NCBI GenBank assembly: GCA_030041175.1
Contig: JASHOK010000030.1
Coordinates: forward strand, 12,401 to 76,400
Length of the DNA stretch: 64,000 bases
From: Thermoplasmata archaeon
GTDB taxonomy: Archaea; Thermoplasmatota; Thermoplasmata; Lutacidiplasmatales; UBA184
Direction of reading: 5' to 3'
Position numbers and translations under genes: made by a program. Under the pieces are notes generated by a model. That model searched no databases. It was not told the DNA's origin and was given only the letters and a program-made list of their open reading frames with translations. Below, piece by piece: positions 34,066 to 43,022 of the stretch (within the stretch, counting starts at the first letter, position 1; every line of letters starts with the position of its first letter).

Positions 34066-34611
34066 ATGGACCTGACGTTCGTCTCGACGAACGCCGGAAA
34101 ATTTCGAGAGGTCCGTACCATCCTGGCGGAGTACGACGTCGGGGTTCGCTGGCGTCGCGCATCGCTGCCCGAGATCCAGGCAGCGCGGCTGGACGACGTC
34201 GTGCGAGCCAAGCTAGGAGCCGCCAGCCGGCCCGGCCGCTACGTTCTGGTCGAGGACTCCGGTCTCTTCCTTCCCGCACTGCGAGGATTCCCGGGCGTCT
34301 ACTCTGCCTACGCGCTGCAGACGATCGGGCTCGAGGGGGTCCTTCGGTTGGTCGGCTCGGACCGGAGGGCGCGCTTCCAGACGGTCGCCGGACTGTCCTA
34401 CGGTGGGCGACAATGGCTGCGGTCCGGCGCCTGCGAGGGACGACTCGCTAAACGACCGGTCGGCGACCACGGATTTGGGTACGACCCCATCTTCGTGCCC
34501 GCGGGGCACCGGCAAACCTTCGGGCAGATGCGCCCGACCGAGAAGAACGAACTGTCGCACCGCGCGCACGCGATCCGTCGTATCGGCCGGCTCATCCACA
34601 GCTGGTCGTAG
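34066..34611 (+). CDS. Non-canonical purine NTP pyrophosphatase (HAM1/RdgB/ITPase family)
   Basis: LTFVSTNAGKFREV...VEDSGLFLPALRGFPGVYSA...GFGYDPIFVP...KNELSHRAHA. Confidence 0.88.
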   Translation: MDLTFVSTNAGKFREVRTILAEYDVGVRWRRASLPEIQAARLDDVVRAKLGAASRPGRYVLVEDSGLFLPALRGFPGVYSAYALQTIGLEGVLRLVGSDRRARFQTVAGLSYGGRQWLRSGACEGRLAKRPVGDHGFGYDPIFVPAGHRQTFGQMRPTEKNELSHRAHAIRRIGRLIHSWS

Positions 34612-34630
34612 CCTTTCCGAAAAGTGGGCT

Positions 34631-34658
34631 CCCTCCCCGTAGGAGACCCCGGGGAGGG
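34631..34658. terminator. Shared hairpin between the convergent HAM1 and thermosome genes (CCCTCCCCG-N10-CGGGGAGGG), with a T-run on the minus-strand transcript
   Basis: A perfect 9-bp GC stem. On the minus strand it is followed by AGCCCACTTTTCGG. Archaeal termination normally needs oligo-T, so any role for the hairpin is speculative. Confidence 0.3.
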
Positions 34659-34695
34659 GGAAGAGGTTCGGGGCTGATCGCGCCGGCCAGAGTCT

Positions 34696-36348
34696 TCAGT
34701 CTTCGCCGAAGTCCCCGCCGCCCATGCCGCCGGGGCCGCCCGGACCGCCGGGTCCGCCCGCCGGTGGAGAGGTCGCCTTCGAAGCGATGACGTCGTCGAT
34801 GCGGAGGATCATGACCGCCGCATCCGTTGCCGACTCGATCGCCTGACGCCCCACCCGGATCGGCTCGACCACATGCAGCTGCTTCATGTCGTCGACCTTG
34901 CCCGAGTGCACGTTGACGCCGGAGAACTTCTTGCCGTTCTTGTGCGACTGCCGGAGCTCGATCAGGATGTCGATCGGGTCCAGTCCCGCGTTCTCGGCCA
35001 GTGTCCGGGGCACCGTCTCCAGCGCCTCGGCGAAGGTCTCAAACGCCATCTGTTCCCGGCCGCCGACCTTGGCCGCCTCGTCGCGCAGGTGGAGGGCGAT
35101 CTCTTCCGCGGAGGCGCCGCCTCCGTAGACGATCTTGCCGTCTTCGACCGCCACGGCAACCACGTTGAGCGCGTCGTCGACGGACCGCTCGATCTCGTCG
35201 AGGACATGCTCGGTGCCGCCGCGCAGCAGAACCGACACGGCCTTGGCGTTCTTGCAGCCGGTCACGAAGGTCAGCGAGTCCTCACCGATCTTCCGCTCCT
35301 CGACCAGACCCGCCGTGCCGACGTCGTCAGGGGTCAGCTCGCTGGCCTTCGAGACGATGTTCGCACCGGTCGCCTTGGCAAGCTTCTCCATGTCCGACTT
35401 CTTGACTCGGCGGACGGCGTAGATGCCGTCCTTGGCCAGGAAGTGCTGGGCCAGGTCGTCGATGCCCTTCTGGCAGAACACCACGTTCGCCCCGGACTTC
35501 TGGACCTGGTCGACCATCCGGTGCAGCATGTTCTCCTCCTCCTGGAGGAAGGCGTTCAGCTGGGAGGGTTCATTGATCTCGATCTTGGCGTCGATCTCGG
35601 TCTTCTTGATCTCGAGTGCGGCATCCAGAAGGGCGATCTTCGGCGTCTCGACGCGCGGGGGCATCCCCGAGTGGACCTTCTCCTTGTCCACGATGACGCC
35701 CTCGATAAGCTGGGAATCCGTGATCGCTCCGCCCTGCTTCTTGACGATCTGAATGTCGTCCAGGTCGACCGAGTAGCCCTTCTCGTGCTTCTCGGCGACC
35801 GACTGGACGGCCTTCACGGAGATATCGGCCAGCAGGTCCCGGTTGAAGGAGACCGACTTGGACGACATGGAGGTCACGGCGACTCGCTTGAGGGTGTCCG
35901 GGTCCTCGATCTTGACCGGCTCCGAGATCCCGTTGAGCACCTCGAGGGCCTTCTGGGCGGCCAGCCGGTACCCCTGCGAGATGATCGTCGGGTGGATGTT
36001 CTGCTCGATCAAGGCCTCGGCGCGCTTCAACAGCTCGCCCGCGAGGATGACGGCGGTGGTCGTACCATCGCCGGCCTCTTGGTCCTGGGTCTTCGCAACC
36101 TCGACCAGCATCTTGGCGGCCGGGTGCTCGACATCCATTTCCTTCAGGATCGTGACGCCATCGTTCGTGACCACGACATCGCCCATCGAGTCGACGAGCA
36201 TCTTGTCGAGGCCACGCGGCCCGAGGGTCGAGCGAACAGCGTCCGCGATCGCCTTCGCGGCCGCGATGTTGTTCGACAGCGCGCCGCGCCCCCGTTCCCG
36301 CTTGGTTCCTTCCTTTAGCACCAGAATCGGTGTCTGTCCTGTCAGCAT
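34696..36348 (-). CDS. ths: Thermosome subunit (group II chaperonin)
   Basis: [45 protein letters not shown]...[15 protein letters not shown]..., and the C-terminal [20 protein letters not shown] tail. Confidence 0.95.
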   Translation of the reverse strand: MLTGQTPILVLKEGTKRERGRGALSNNIAAAKAIADAVRSTLGPRGLDKMLVDSMGDVVVTNDGVTILKEMDVEHPAAKMLVEVAKTQDQEAGDGTTTAVILAGELLKRAEALIEQNIHPTIISQGYRLAAQKALEVLNGISEPVKIEDPDTLKRVAVTSMSSKSVSFNRDLLADISVKAVQSVAEKHEKGYSVDLDDIQIVKKQGGAITDSQLIEGVIVDKEKVHSGMPPRVETPKIALLDAALEIKKTEIDAKIEINEPSQLNAFLQEEENMLHRMVDQVQKSGANVVFCQKGIDDLAQHFLAKDGIYAVRRVKKSDMEKLAKATGANIVSKASELTPDDVGTAGLVEERKIGEDSLTFVTGCKNAKAVSVLLRGGTEHVLDEIERSVDDALNVVAVAVEDGKIVYGGGASAEEIALHLRDEAAKVGGREQMAFETFAEALETVPRTLAENAGLDPIDILIELRQSHKNGKKFSGVNVHSGKVDDMKQLHVVEPIRVGRQAIESATDAAVMILRIDDVIASKATSPPAGGPGGPGGPGGMGGGDFGED

Positions 36349-36405
36349 GGTTTTCGCTTCTCCCGAGTATCCTCTCGGTTGTCAGGAGCGCTGAATATGC
36401 ACTTG

Positions 36406-36413
36406 TATTTAAA
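36406..36413 (-). promoter_or_regulatory. Candidate TATA box (minus strand TTTAAATA) for the thermosome gene
   Basis: This is the only AT-rich octamer in the 180-nt spacer. It lies 58-65 nt upstream of ATG 36348, implying a leader of about 30 nt. Confidence 0.45.
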
Positions 36414-36527
36414 CAGAGCGCCCCGCGCTGCTTCGTGGGCCACAGTCCCTCGGAAAGCGGGCAGGGCGGGAGGTCGGAGCCACGTCCTGGGTGCCGATCG
36501 AGGCCGCCGCAGCATCGTCGGGGCCGT

Positions 36528-37967
36528 CTACGGTGGCTCGGGGGCAAAGCGGGCCGTGAAGTGCCGGAGGTGTTCGGGCGCTTCCACGATCCGCATTCCG
36601 CGGACGGAGGCTCGTCGGTCCCAGACCCGGCAGACGGTGTCCGCCACGAACCTGAGATGGCTCTCCGTGTACACCCGGCGGGGGATGGCGAGCCGAAGGA
36701 GCTCGAGGGGGTTCGACGAGGGCGCGGTGACGTCCTCGAACATGATCGCACCCACCTCGACCGACCGTACGCCACCCTCCCGGTAGAGTTCGACGGCGAG
36801 GGCCTGCCCGGGCAGCTGCGGAGGGCGGAGGTGCGATAGGAAGCGCGTCACATCGAGATACACTCCATGCCCCCCCGGCGGCTGCATGATCGGGACCCCG
36901 TGGGCAGTCAATCTCCCGGCCAAGAACCGAACCTGGCCCAATCTGTGCTCGAGGTAGTCCTCCATCAGCGCCTCTTGGAGCCCGATCGATATCGCTTCCA
37001 GGTCTCGGCGAGCGAGGCCCCCATAGGTCGGAAACCCCTCGAAGACGATCAGTTCCTCCTTGAATCGGGCCGCGAGCCCGGCGTTCCGGGTGGCGATGAA
37101 ACCCCCCATGTTGACCAGCCCATCCTTTTTGGCGCTCATCGTCGCCCCGTCGGCCAGGTCACAGACCTCGCGCGCGATTTCGCGGACGCTTCGCGAAGAT
37201 TGCCCGGTTTCCCGCTCCCGGATCAGGTAGGCATTCTCCGCCCAGCGGCAGATATCCAGATAGAGCGGCTTCTGGAAGCGACGGCAGGTCTCGGAGACGG
37301 CCTTCAGATTCGCGAGAGAGACCGGCTGGCCGCCACCCGTGTTGTTCGTCAGCGTGACCATGACCAAAGGAACGTGGCTCCCTTGGGGCGACTCCAATAG
37401 CTGCTGGAGCTTCGGCACATCGACATTGCCCTTGAAGGGGTGCGGATCGTCACAGGCGTACGCCTCCGGGATCGCCAGGTTGAGCGGCCGGGCGCCGGCG
37501 CGGAGTACGTGCGCCTGCGTGGTATCGAAGTGCATGTTGTTCGGGACGATGTCTCCCGGTTTGGCGAGCTGCGAAAACAGGAGATGCTCCGCGGCTCGGC
37601 CCTGGTGCGCCGGGATGATGTGCGGGAATCCCGTGAGCTCCCGCACGGTGGCTTCGAAATGCACAAAGTTCCGGCTGCCCGCGTAGGCCTCGTCGCCGAC
37701 CATCAGCCCGGCCCACTGCCGATCGCTCATGGCGGCAGTACCGGAGTCCGTGAGCAGGTCGATGTACACCTCTTCCGAGAGGAGGTTGAACAGATTGTAT
37801 CCGGCGCGCTCCAGGGCCCGCTCGCGCTCCGCGCGAGAGGGCAGCCGGATCGATTCGACCACCTTAATGCGATACGGCTCGATGGGCGCCGTCGGGTCCG
37901 CCCCTTCCGGTTCCACGAGAGCCGGCGAGCGCACCGACTCCCTTAGCCTCTGCCGTGCGGCCGACAT
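36528..37967 (-). CDS. Beta-eliminating lyase (tryptophanase / tyrosine phenol-lyase family, PLP-dependent)
   Basis: EPYRIKVVESIRLPSRAERERALERAGYNLFNLLSEEVYIDLLTDSGTAAMSDRQWAGLMVGDEAYAGSRNF...SAKKDGLVNMGGFIA (PLP Lys). The GTG at 37916 may be the true start; it gives an N-terminus length similar to E. coli TnaA. Confidence 0.85.
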   Translation of the reverse strand: MSAARQRLRESVRSPALVEPEGADPTAPIEPYRIKVVESIRLPSRAERERALERAGYNLFNLLSEEVYIDLLTDSGTAAMSDRQWAGLMVGDEAYAGSRNFVHFEATVRELTGFPHIIPAHQGRAAEHLLFSQLAKPGDIVPNNMHFDTTQAHVLRAGARPLNLAIPEAYACDDPHPFKGNVDVPKLQQLLESPQGSHVPLVMVTLTNNTGGGQPVSLANLKAVSETCRRFQKPLYLDICRWAENAYLIRERETGQSSRSVREIAREVCDLADGATMSAKKDGLVNMGGFIATRNAGLAARFKEELIVFEGFPTYGGLARRDLEAISIGLQEALMEDYLEHRLGQVRFLAGRLTAHGVPIMQPPGGHGVYLDVTRFLSHLRPPQLPGQALAVELYREGGVRSVEVGAIMFEDVTAPSSNPLELLRLAIPRRVYTESHLRFVADTVCRVWDRRASVRGMRIVEAPEHLRHFTARFAPEPP

Positions 37968-39195
37968 CGACCGAGGACCGGGCCCGGGTCCCCGGTCGAA
38001 GGAGGGCGGTAGTCACTGGTCCGCGGCCGAGGAACCGTCCGAGCTCGTCGGCTTCCCGCTCGATCCCGTCGATGATGGAGCTTGAGAGCGGACCGAACGG
38101 CTCCACCCGTACCGTAGTGCTGGGACCGGCTGCCGCGTAACTCCACACACCGACTACTCGGCCGTCCACCAACAGCGCGGGGGCGATCCATCCCTGCGGG
38201 CGATAGAGACGGTGGTGCAGCGAGCGCGGTAGGAGCGCGGTCTTGTCCTCGTGCTGCAGCACGTAGGAGTCGAAGTATGGCAGCAGCCGGACCGACGGCG
38301 ACGGGAGCCGTGCGGATTCCAGCGCGGAGAGGTCGGACGCCAAGACCCAGCCTCGTTGCTCGCCGGTGTCGACCCCGGCCATTTCGGGAAGCAGACGGGA
38401 CCAAACTCGGGCCGCGTCCCGCAGCCGTAAGCCGGTCCACCAGGCGAAGTCGCGGAGCTGGGCCGGTCCGGCTACCCTAAGGTACCGGCGGAGCAGGTCG
38501 TCCTCAGCCTGGGGGACCGGGACATCCTCCCAGTGGGGGATCCAGGCGTCCGCCCGGATGTACTTCGGGACGTTCCCGGAGCCCGGAGTTACGCAGACTA
38601 CACCGTAAGCCCCGGCGAGGTGCAACAACCAGCCCGCCGGGAATGTTAGGCTACCGAACCCCACTGCCGGGACGTCCCGCCGGCTGCCCCAGCCCCCGCC
38701 GGGCCTCGAGGTCCTCTTGGCCCCGAGCAGGACTCCGACGCGGTCCGCGATGGCATCGACGGTGCATTCCTCGTCGAGCGATTGTAACAGGGCCGACGCC
38801 AGCCGGTGTACCTGGGCAGCGGAGTAGCCCCGACGGCGAACGTAGCCGACATCCCGATCCGCCCGGAGCGAAGTCCCTCGGACGAAGATCGATACCGCCT
38901 TGGCCGGCACCACGTGGAGGGTCCGCCGCATGCACCAGACCTTGACCAAGGACCGGGTCCGGGACAGCGCCCGGTCAACATCGGCAGGGGCCAACCCGCG
39001 GACGCGTGTGGCGAGGGAGAGCCGGGCCGCTGAGGCGAGCTGCGCGTGCACTCCGCCGATGTCGCCGGCCACGGCGACCATGGAGGACCGTGCTGCCCGA
39101 GCCAGCAGATGGTGCCGGTGCAGCCGGAATGCAGCGACCTGGGCCGGCTCGACCGATAGTGCGGGCCGGGCCCTGTTCTCTGGCTTCAAACGCAT
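37864..39195 (-). CDS. Winged-helix YcaQ/AlkZ-like (HTH_42, DUF1006) protein, candidate DNA glycosylase
   Basis: VAAFRLHRHHLL...GGVHAQLASAARLSLATRV...LVKVWCMRRTLHVVPA...FAWWTGL...YFDSYVLQHED matches the conserved blocks I recall for the YcaQ family. Confidence 0.65.
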   Translation of the reverse strand: MRLKPENRARPALSVEPAQVAAFRLHRHHLLARAARSSMVAVAGDIGGVHAQLASAARLSLATRVRGLAPADVDRALSRTRSLVKVWCMRRTLHVVPAKAVSIFVRGTSLRADRDVGYVRRRGYSAAQVHRLASALLQSLDEECTVDAIADRVGVLLGAKRTSRPGGGWGSRRDVPAVGFGSLTFPAGWLLHLAGAYGVVCVTPGSGNVPKYIRADAWIPHWEDVPVPQAEDDLLRRYLRVAGPAQLRDFAWWTGLRLRDAARVWSRLLPEMAGVDTGEQRGWVLASDLSALESARLPSPSVRLLPYFDSYVLQHEDKTALLPRSLHHRLYRPQGWIAPALLVDGRVVGVWSYAAAGPSTTVRVEPFGPLSSSIIDGIEREADELGRFLGRGPVTTALLRPGTRARSSVDVGRTAEAKGVGALAGSRGTGRGGPDGAHRAVSH

Positions 39196-39252
39196 GACTC
39201 CGCGGCAGGACGACGCGCGGCAGAACCCGGACCGTGACTACATGCCAGGGGC

Positions 39253-39690
39253 CTAACGACGCTTGGGACGCCGGCGAGGTGCGGCAGCCCGAGTGCGCGC
39301 TCGGCGGCGCCGGGGCTGGGCGCTCGGCATACGGGCTTCCCAGAGTGCGATGACGTTCCCTTCAGGGTCGGCGCCGATGAAGCTCCATCCCATTCCCGGG
39401 ACCTCCATCTTGGGGACAATCTGGGCGCCACCGGCCTGCTGGAAGCGAGCGATGGCCTCGTCGATGCGGTCGACGGAAACGAAGTTCCGGGGCCGGTCCT
39501 CCGCGCCCATGCGGCGATACATTCCACCGCCGACGCTCTTGCCTCGGGGCCCCGTCGAAATCAACCGGTAGTCCATGTCCGGCATGTCGGCCTTTGTGAA
39601 CGTCCACCCAAAGACCTCCGTATAGAAGCGAGAGAGACGATCCGGATCGGCGGCAGGTATCTCAAAGTGTACTATCGTCGAGATCGACAT
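39253..39690 (-). CDS. VOC/glyoxalase-fold protein with an Arg-rich C-terminal tail
   Basis: ATG (CAT at 39688-39690) gives MSISTIVHFEIPAADPDRLSRFYTEVFGWTF...GWSFIGADPEGNVIALWE, then PSAQPRRRRARTRAAAPRRRPKRR. Confidence 0.8.
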   Translation of the reverse strand: MSISTIVHFEIPAADPDRLSRFYTEVFGWTFTKADMPDMDYRLISTGPRGKSVGGGMYRRMGAEDRPRNFVSVDRIDEAIARFQQAGGAQIVPKMEVPGMGWSFIGADPEGNVIALWEARMPSAQPRRRRARTRAAAPRRRPKRR

Positions 39691-39803
39691 CGGGCGCACC
39701 CAGCACGGACAAGCTGTACACAGCCATAAAGCAGGCCGAGGGATGACACGACCCCGGCGCCCCGACAGCCCGAAGGTCCGGGGGCCGGCAGGGTAGGTCT
39801 GAG

Positions 39804-41366
39804 ATGGAACGCGACGGAAGGCGGGGCGATTCTGACCCACCCGTCCGACAGGCCGACCTTGAGGCAGCGGAGATCGTTGCCGCGACCTTCTACCTGCGGC
39901 GCAGGCACAGCTCGGAGGTTTTGTCGGCCTTGAATTCCTTCGGAAGCGCCCGACCGCACGATCGGAGGTATCTGAGGCGGGAGGAGTTCGCCGCCCGGTT
40001 CGGGGCTGACCCCGACGACATTGCGCTGGTCACCCGTTGGATCGGAGAGAGAGGGCTTGCGCTGGTCGCAGCTGACCCGGCGCGGCGGACCGTTCGCGTT
40101 CAGGGGCCGGCCAGTGCGTGGAACCGGGCGTTTCAGGTCGTGCTCGGACGCTACTCCCGCGGTCCCCGCCGATACATCGGGCACGAAGGGGAGCTCATCC
40201 TCCCGCCCGAGCTTGACGGACCGGTCGTGGCGGTGCTCGGACTCGACGCTCAGCCGGTTCTCCACACCCACTTCCGGATTGCCGCAGCCGGAACCGCCGG
40301 GTACCCTCCCGGACAAGTCGCCGGTGCCTACGACTTTCCCCCGGCTCAGAATGGGAACGGGCAGACCATCGGACTGCTCGAGTTTGGCGGAGGATACGCT
40401 CCGGGCGATCTCGCCACGTTCTTCCAGCAGGCGGGCCTGCCGCTGCCGAACGTTGTCTCCGTTTCCGTCGACGGCGCCTCCAACGCGCCGACCGGGGACC
40501 CGGACGGGCCGGACGCCGAGGTCGAGCTGGACATCGAGTTGGCGGGTGCTCTCGCCCCGGGCGCGACGATCGTCGTCTACTTTGCACCCAACTCCGAGCA
40601 AGGCTTCGTCGACGCCCTGTCGACCGCCATTCACGATGCGACGAACAAGCCGTCCATCGTTTCCGTGAGCTGGGGCGGACCCGAGCCGACGTGGACCTCG
40701 GCCACCCTCACCGCCTTCAGCCAGGCGGCCGAAGACGCCACCGGTCTCGGTGTCACGGTGATCGCCGCGGCCGGGGACGATGGCGCGAGCGACGGAGAAG
40801 GCGGCGGAGCGCTTGCCGTCGACTTTCCCGCCTCAGGACCGTACGTCCTCGGATGCGGGGGCACCCGCCTGCTGCTGTCCGCGGAGACCATCACCGAAGA
40901 GGTGGTCTGGAACGACCTCGCGGAAGGCGAGGGAGCTACCGGCGGCGGAGTCAGCCAGGTCTTTCCCCTTCCGTCGTACCAAGCCGATGTCGGAGTGCCG
41001 ACTGGGGAGGGTGGCTTCGAAGGACGAGGGGTGCCGGACGTGGCCGGGGACGCCGACCCCGAAACCGGCTACGCTGTGTTTGTGGACGGATCGTCAGCCG
41101 TCATTGGCGGCACCAGCGCCGTAGCTCCGCTCTGGGCGGCGCTCGTGGCACGGCTCAACGAAGCCCTCGGAGCCCCGGTCGGGTTCCTCCAGCCTCTCCT
41201 GTATGCGCCGGCCGAGGAGGCTACGTTCCATGACATCACGGAGGGGAACAACGGCGGCTTTGATGCCGGCCCCGGGTGGGATGCCTGTACCGGCTGGGGA
41301 TCGCCCGACGGGACCGCCCTGCTGTCGGTCCTACAGGGCTCTGGGCCGTCGAAGCCGGCGCCCTGA
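39804..41366 (+). CDS. Peptidase S53 (sedolisin/kumamolisin-like) with a pro-kumamolisin activation domain
   Basis: The prodomain carries (RYLRREEFAARFGADPDDIALVTRWIGERGL). The catalytic domain carries AEVELDIE (Glu/Asp), SVSWGGPE and IGGTSAVAPLWAALVARLN (Ser nucleophile). Confidence 0.85.
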   Translation: MERDGRRGDSDPPVRQADLEAAEIVAATFYLRRRHSSEVLSALNSFGSARPHDRRYLRREEFAARFGADPDDIALVTRWIGERGLALVAADPARRTVRVQGPASAWNRAFQVVLGRYSRGPRRYIGHEGELILPPELDGPVVAVLGLDAQPVLHTHFRIAAAGTAGYPPGQVAGAYDFPPAQNGNGQTIGLLEFGGGYAPGDLATFFQQAGLPLPNVVSVSVDGASNAPTGDPDGPDAEVELDIELAGALAPGATIVVYFAPNSEQGFVDALSTAIHDATNKPSIVSVSWGGPEPTWTSATLTAFSQAAEDATGLGVTVIAAAGDDGASDGEGGGALAVDFPASGPYVLGCGGTRLLLSAETITEEVVWNDLAEGEGATGGGVSQVFPLPSYQADVGVPTGEGGFEGRGVPDVAGDADPETGYAVFVDGSSAVIGGTSAVAPLWAALVARLNEALGAPVGFLQPLLYAPAEEATFHDITEGNNGGFDAGPGWDACTGWGSPDGTALLSVLQGSGPSKPAP

Positions 41367-41369
41367 GGC

Positions 41370-42227
41370 TTACTTCCCAAAGTTCCGGTGCCGGAGCTGG
41401 AAAGCACGAATGGCCCTCAGGAACTCGGTCTTCGTGAGGCCGGGCCACATGACATCGGAGAAGTAGAGCTCCGAATAGGCGACCTGCCACAACAGGAAAT
41501 TGGAGATCCGCTCCTCTCCGCTGGTCCGGAGCACGAGGTCGGGGTCCGGCAGATTCGCGGTGTACAGGTTCTCGGAAACTTTCCGGTCATCGATCTGGTC
41601 CGGCCTGAGCGTCCCCGCAGCGACCTGCTCGGCGAGGCGCCGGATCGCGTGGACGATCTCCTCTCGGCCACCGTAGGCGATTGCCACGTTGTACCGGTAC
41701 TCGGAATAGTCCTGCGTCGCCCGTTCCGCTAGCTCGATCGCCGCCACGACGTCGGGGCGGAGAACGGCTCGGTTCCCGATCGCCGCCACGTGGATCCGGT
41801 GCCGGTGAACCCGGGGGTCCTTGGCAATGTCCGTGAAGGCTTCGGCAAAGAGGTCCATCAGCTGCGACACCTCCTCCGGGTCTCGGTCCAGGTTCTCGGT
41901 CGAGAGCGCGTAGACGGTGAGAATCCGGACGCCCACCTCGAGGCACCAGTTCAGCAGCTCCTCGAGCTTGTCCTTCCCGCGCAGATGTCCCTCCTCCACG
42001 AGAAGCCCGTGGCCGCGAGCGTAGCGTCGGTTCCCATCCATGATCAGGCCCAGGTGTCGGGGCACGGGCTCTTGGCGGATCAACTTCAGGAGCCGACGCT
42101 CGGTGCTGTCCCGAAGAGCGTCCGCGATGATGCTCGACAGGTACGGCGGCCGTCGTTCCTCGCGCGTCTCCGAGGGTTCGTCGGTCGCCACGCCGGTTGT
42201 ACGTCCTGCGGGGGTTAAGGGTTCCAC
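41370..42227 (-). CDS. uppS: Cis-prenyltransferase (undecaprenyl-diphosphate synthase family)
   Basis: PRHLGLIMDGNRRYA, LTVYALSTENLDR, RTSGEERISNFLLWQVAYSELYF. Confidence 0.9.
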   Translation of the reverse strand: MEPLTPAGRTTGVATDEPSETREERRPPYLSSIIADALRDSTERRLLKLIRQEPVPRHLGLIMDGNRRYARGHGLLVEEGHLRGKDKLEELLNWCLEVGVRILTVYALSTENLDRDPEEVSQLMDLFAEAFTDIAKDPRVHRHRIHVAAIGNRAVLRPDVVAAIELAERATQDYSEYRYNVAIAYGGREEIVHAIRRLAEQVAAGTLRPDQIDDRKVSENLYTANLPDPDLVLRTSGEERISNFLLWQVAYSELYFSDVMWPGLTKTEFLRAIRAFQLRHRNFGK

Positions 42228-42326
42228 CCTCGCAACCGCGACGGCCAGTCGACCGGACGTCGTAGGTGCGACCGTGCGCCGTCTGTCGACCGCAACTTAA
42301 TTGAGCCTCACCGTCGCCAGTCTGGA

Positions 42327-42977
42327 GTGGACCCGGTATGGCCCGCCGGATCCGATACTGTGGAAGGCAGGCATCCAACCCGATTCGATGGCGTCGATTG
42401 GTTCCGACGGTTTCGGGCCCTCTACAATGCGTCCGCGGCCAGCCCGCTGACGGAGCTCGGCATCTTCTACGACCGGCACCGGAAGTTCGTCGAATACAGC
42501 CAGCGTAGCGATCCGGACAATCCCGAGTACACCGACGAGGAATGGAACCGCGTCATGTCCACGCTGTTCGGAGAGCTAGCCGGTGACCTCGGGCTCGCGC
42601 AGGCCCCGGACTCCCGGGGACATCCGCGGCTTGAGTGGTACCTGCCCGGCGTCACCGACCGTCCGTCGGTCGTCATCTGGGGCACGTCGGAGGCTGCACT
42701 GACGATCCTGACGGAGGATCTCGCGCAACTGACCCGGACCGGCCCGGACCTCTCGGTCGTCCTGATGTATCCGGACTATCCGTACCCCGAGGGCGCCTCC
42801 ACGTATGACGAGGCGGCTCTGGTCTGGAGGCGCCGCCTCGAATCCCGGCTCTACGACCTGAGGCCAAGCCGCGAGATCCTGACTCTCATGATCAGTGCCT
42901 ACTCGTTCGACCTGCCGGCGCCGTGGTTGGGGTACCTCTGGCGCCCGTCTCGAGCGGCCCTCGAGGCGACGCACTGA
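42327..42977 (+). CDS. Hypothetical protein (216 aa), no recognisable motif
   Basis: Coding-like composition and no competing frame. GTG start. Confidence 0.45.
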   Translation: MDPVWPAGSDTVEGRHPTRFDGVDWFRRFRALYNASAASPLTELGIFYDRHRKFVEYSQRSDPDNPEYTDEEWNRVMSTLFGELAGDLGLAQAPDSRGHPRLEWYLPGVTDRPSVVIWGTSEAALTILTEDLAQLTRTGPDLSVVLMYPDYPYPEGASTYDEAALVWRRRLESRLYDLRPSREILTLMISAYSFDLPAPWLGYLWRPSRAALEATH

Positions 42978-43022
42978 GTCTCCGAGCGACCGGGCTTTAA
43001 GCCGCACTTCGGTGCATGGCGT

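Noticed and set aside
34873-36318. A 481-aa plus-strand ORF antisense to the thermosome gene. Similar long antisense ORFs: 15306..16892 opposite the MFS gene, 28426..29604 opposite M24, 60623..61834 opposite ClC, 49483..50571 opposite the binding protein, 55277..56530 opposite the ligase, 56550..57794 opposite the decarboxylase, 48400..49425 opposite S58, 61663..62721 opposite the amidohydrolase and 63123..63932 opposite the group II decarboxylase.
   Set aside because: Their translations are Arg/Gly/Pro/Asp-rich low-complexity sequence with no motifs. The opposite strand encodes unmistakable conserved proteins. Long stop-free antisense frames are expected in DNA this GC-rich.
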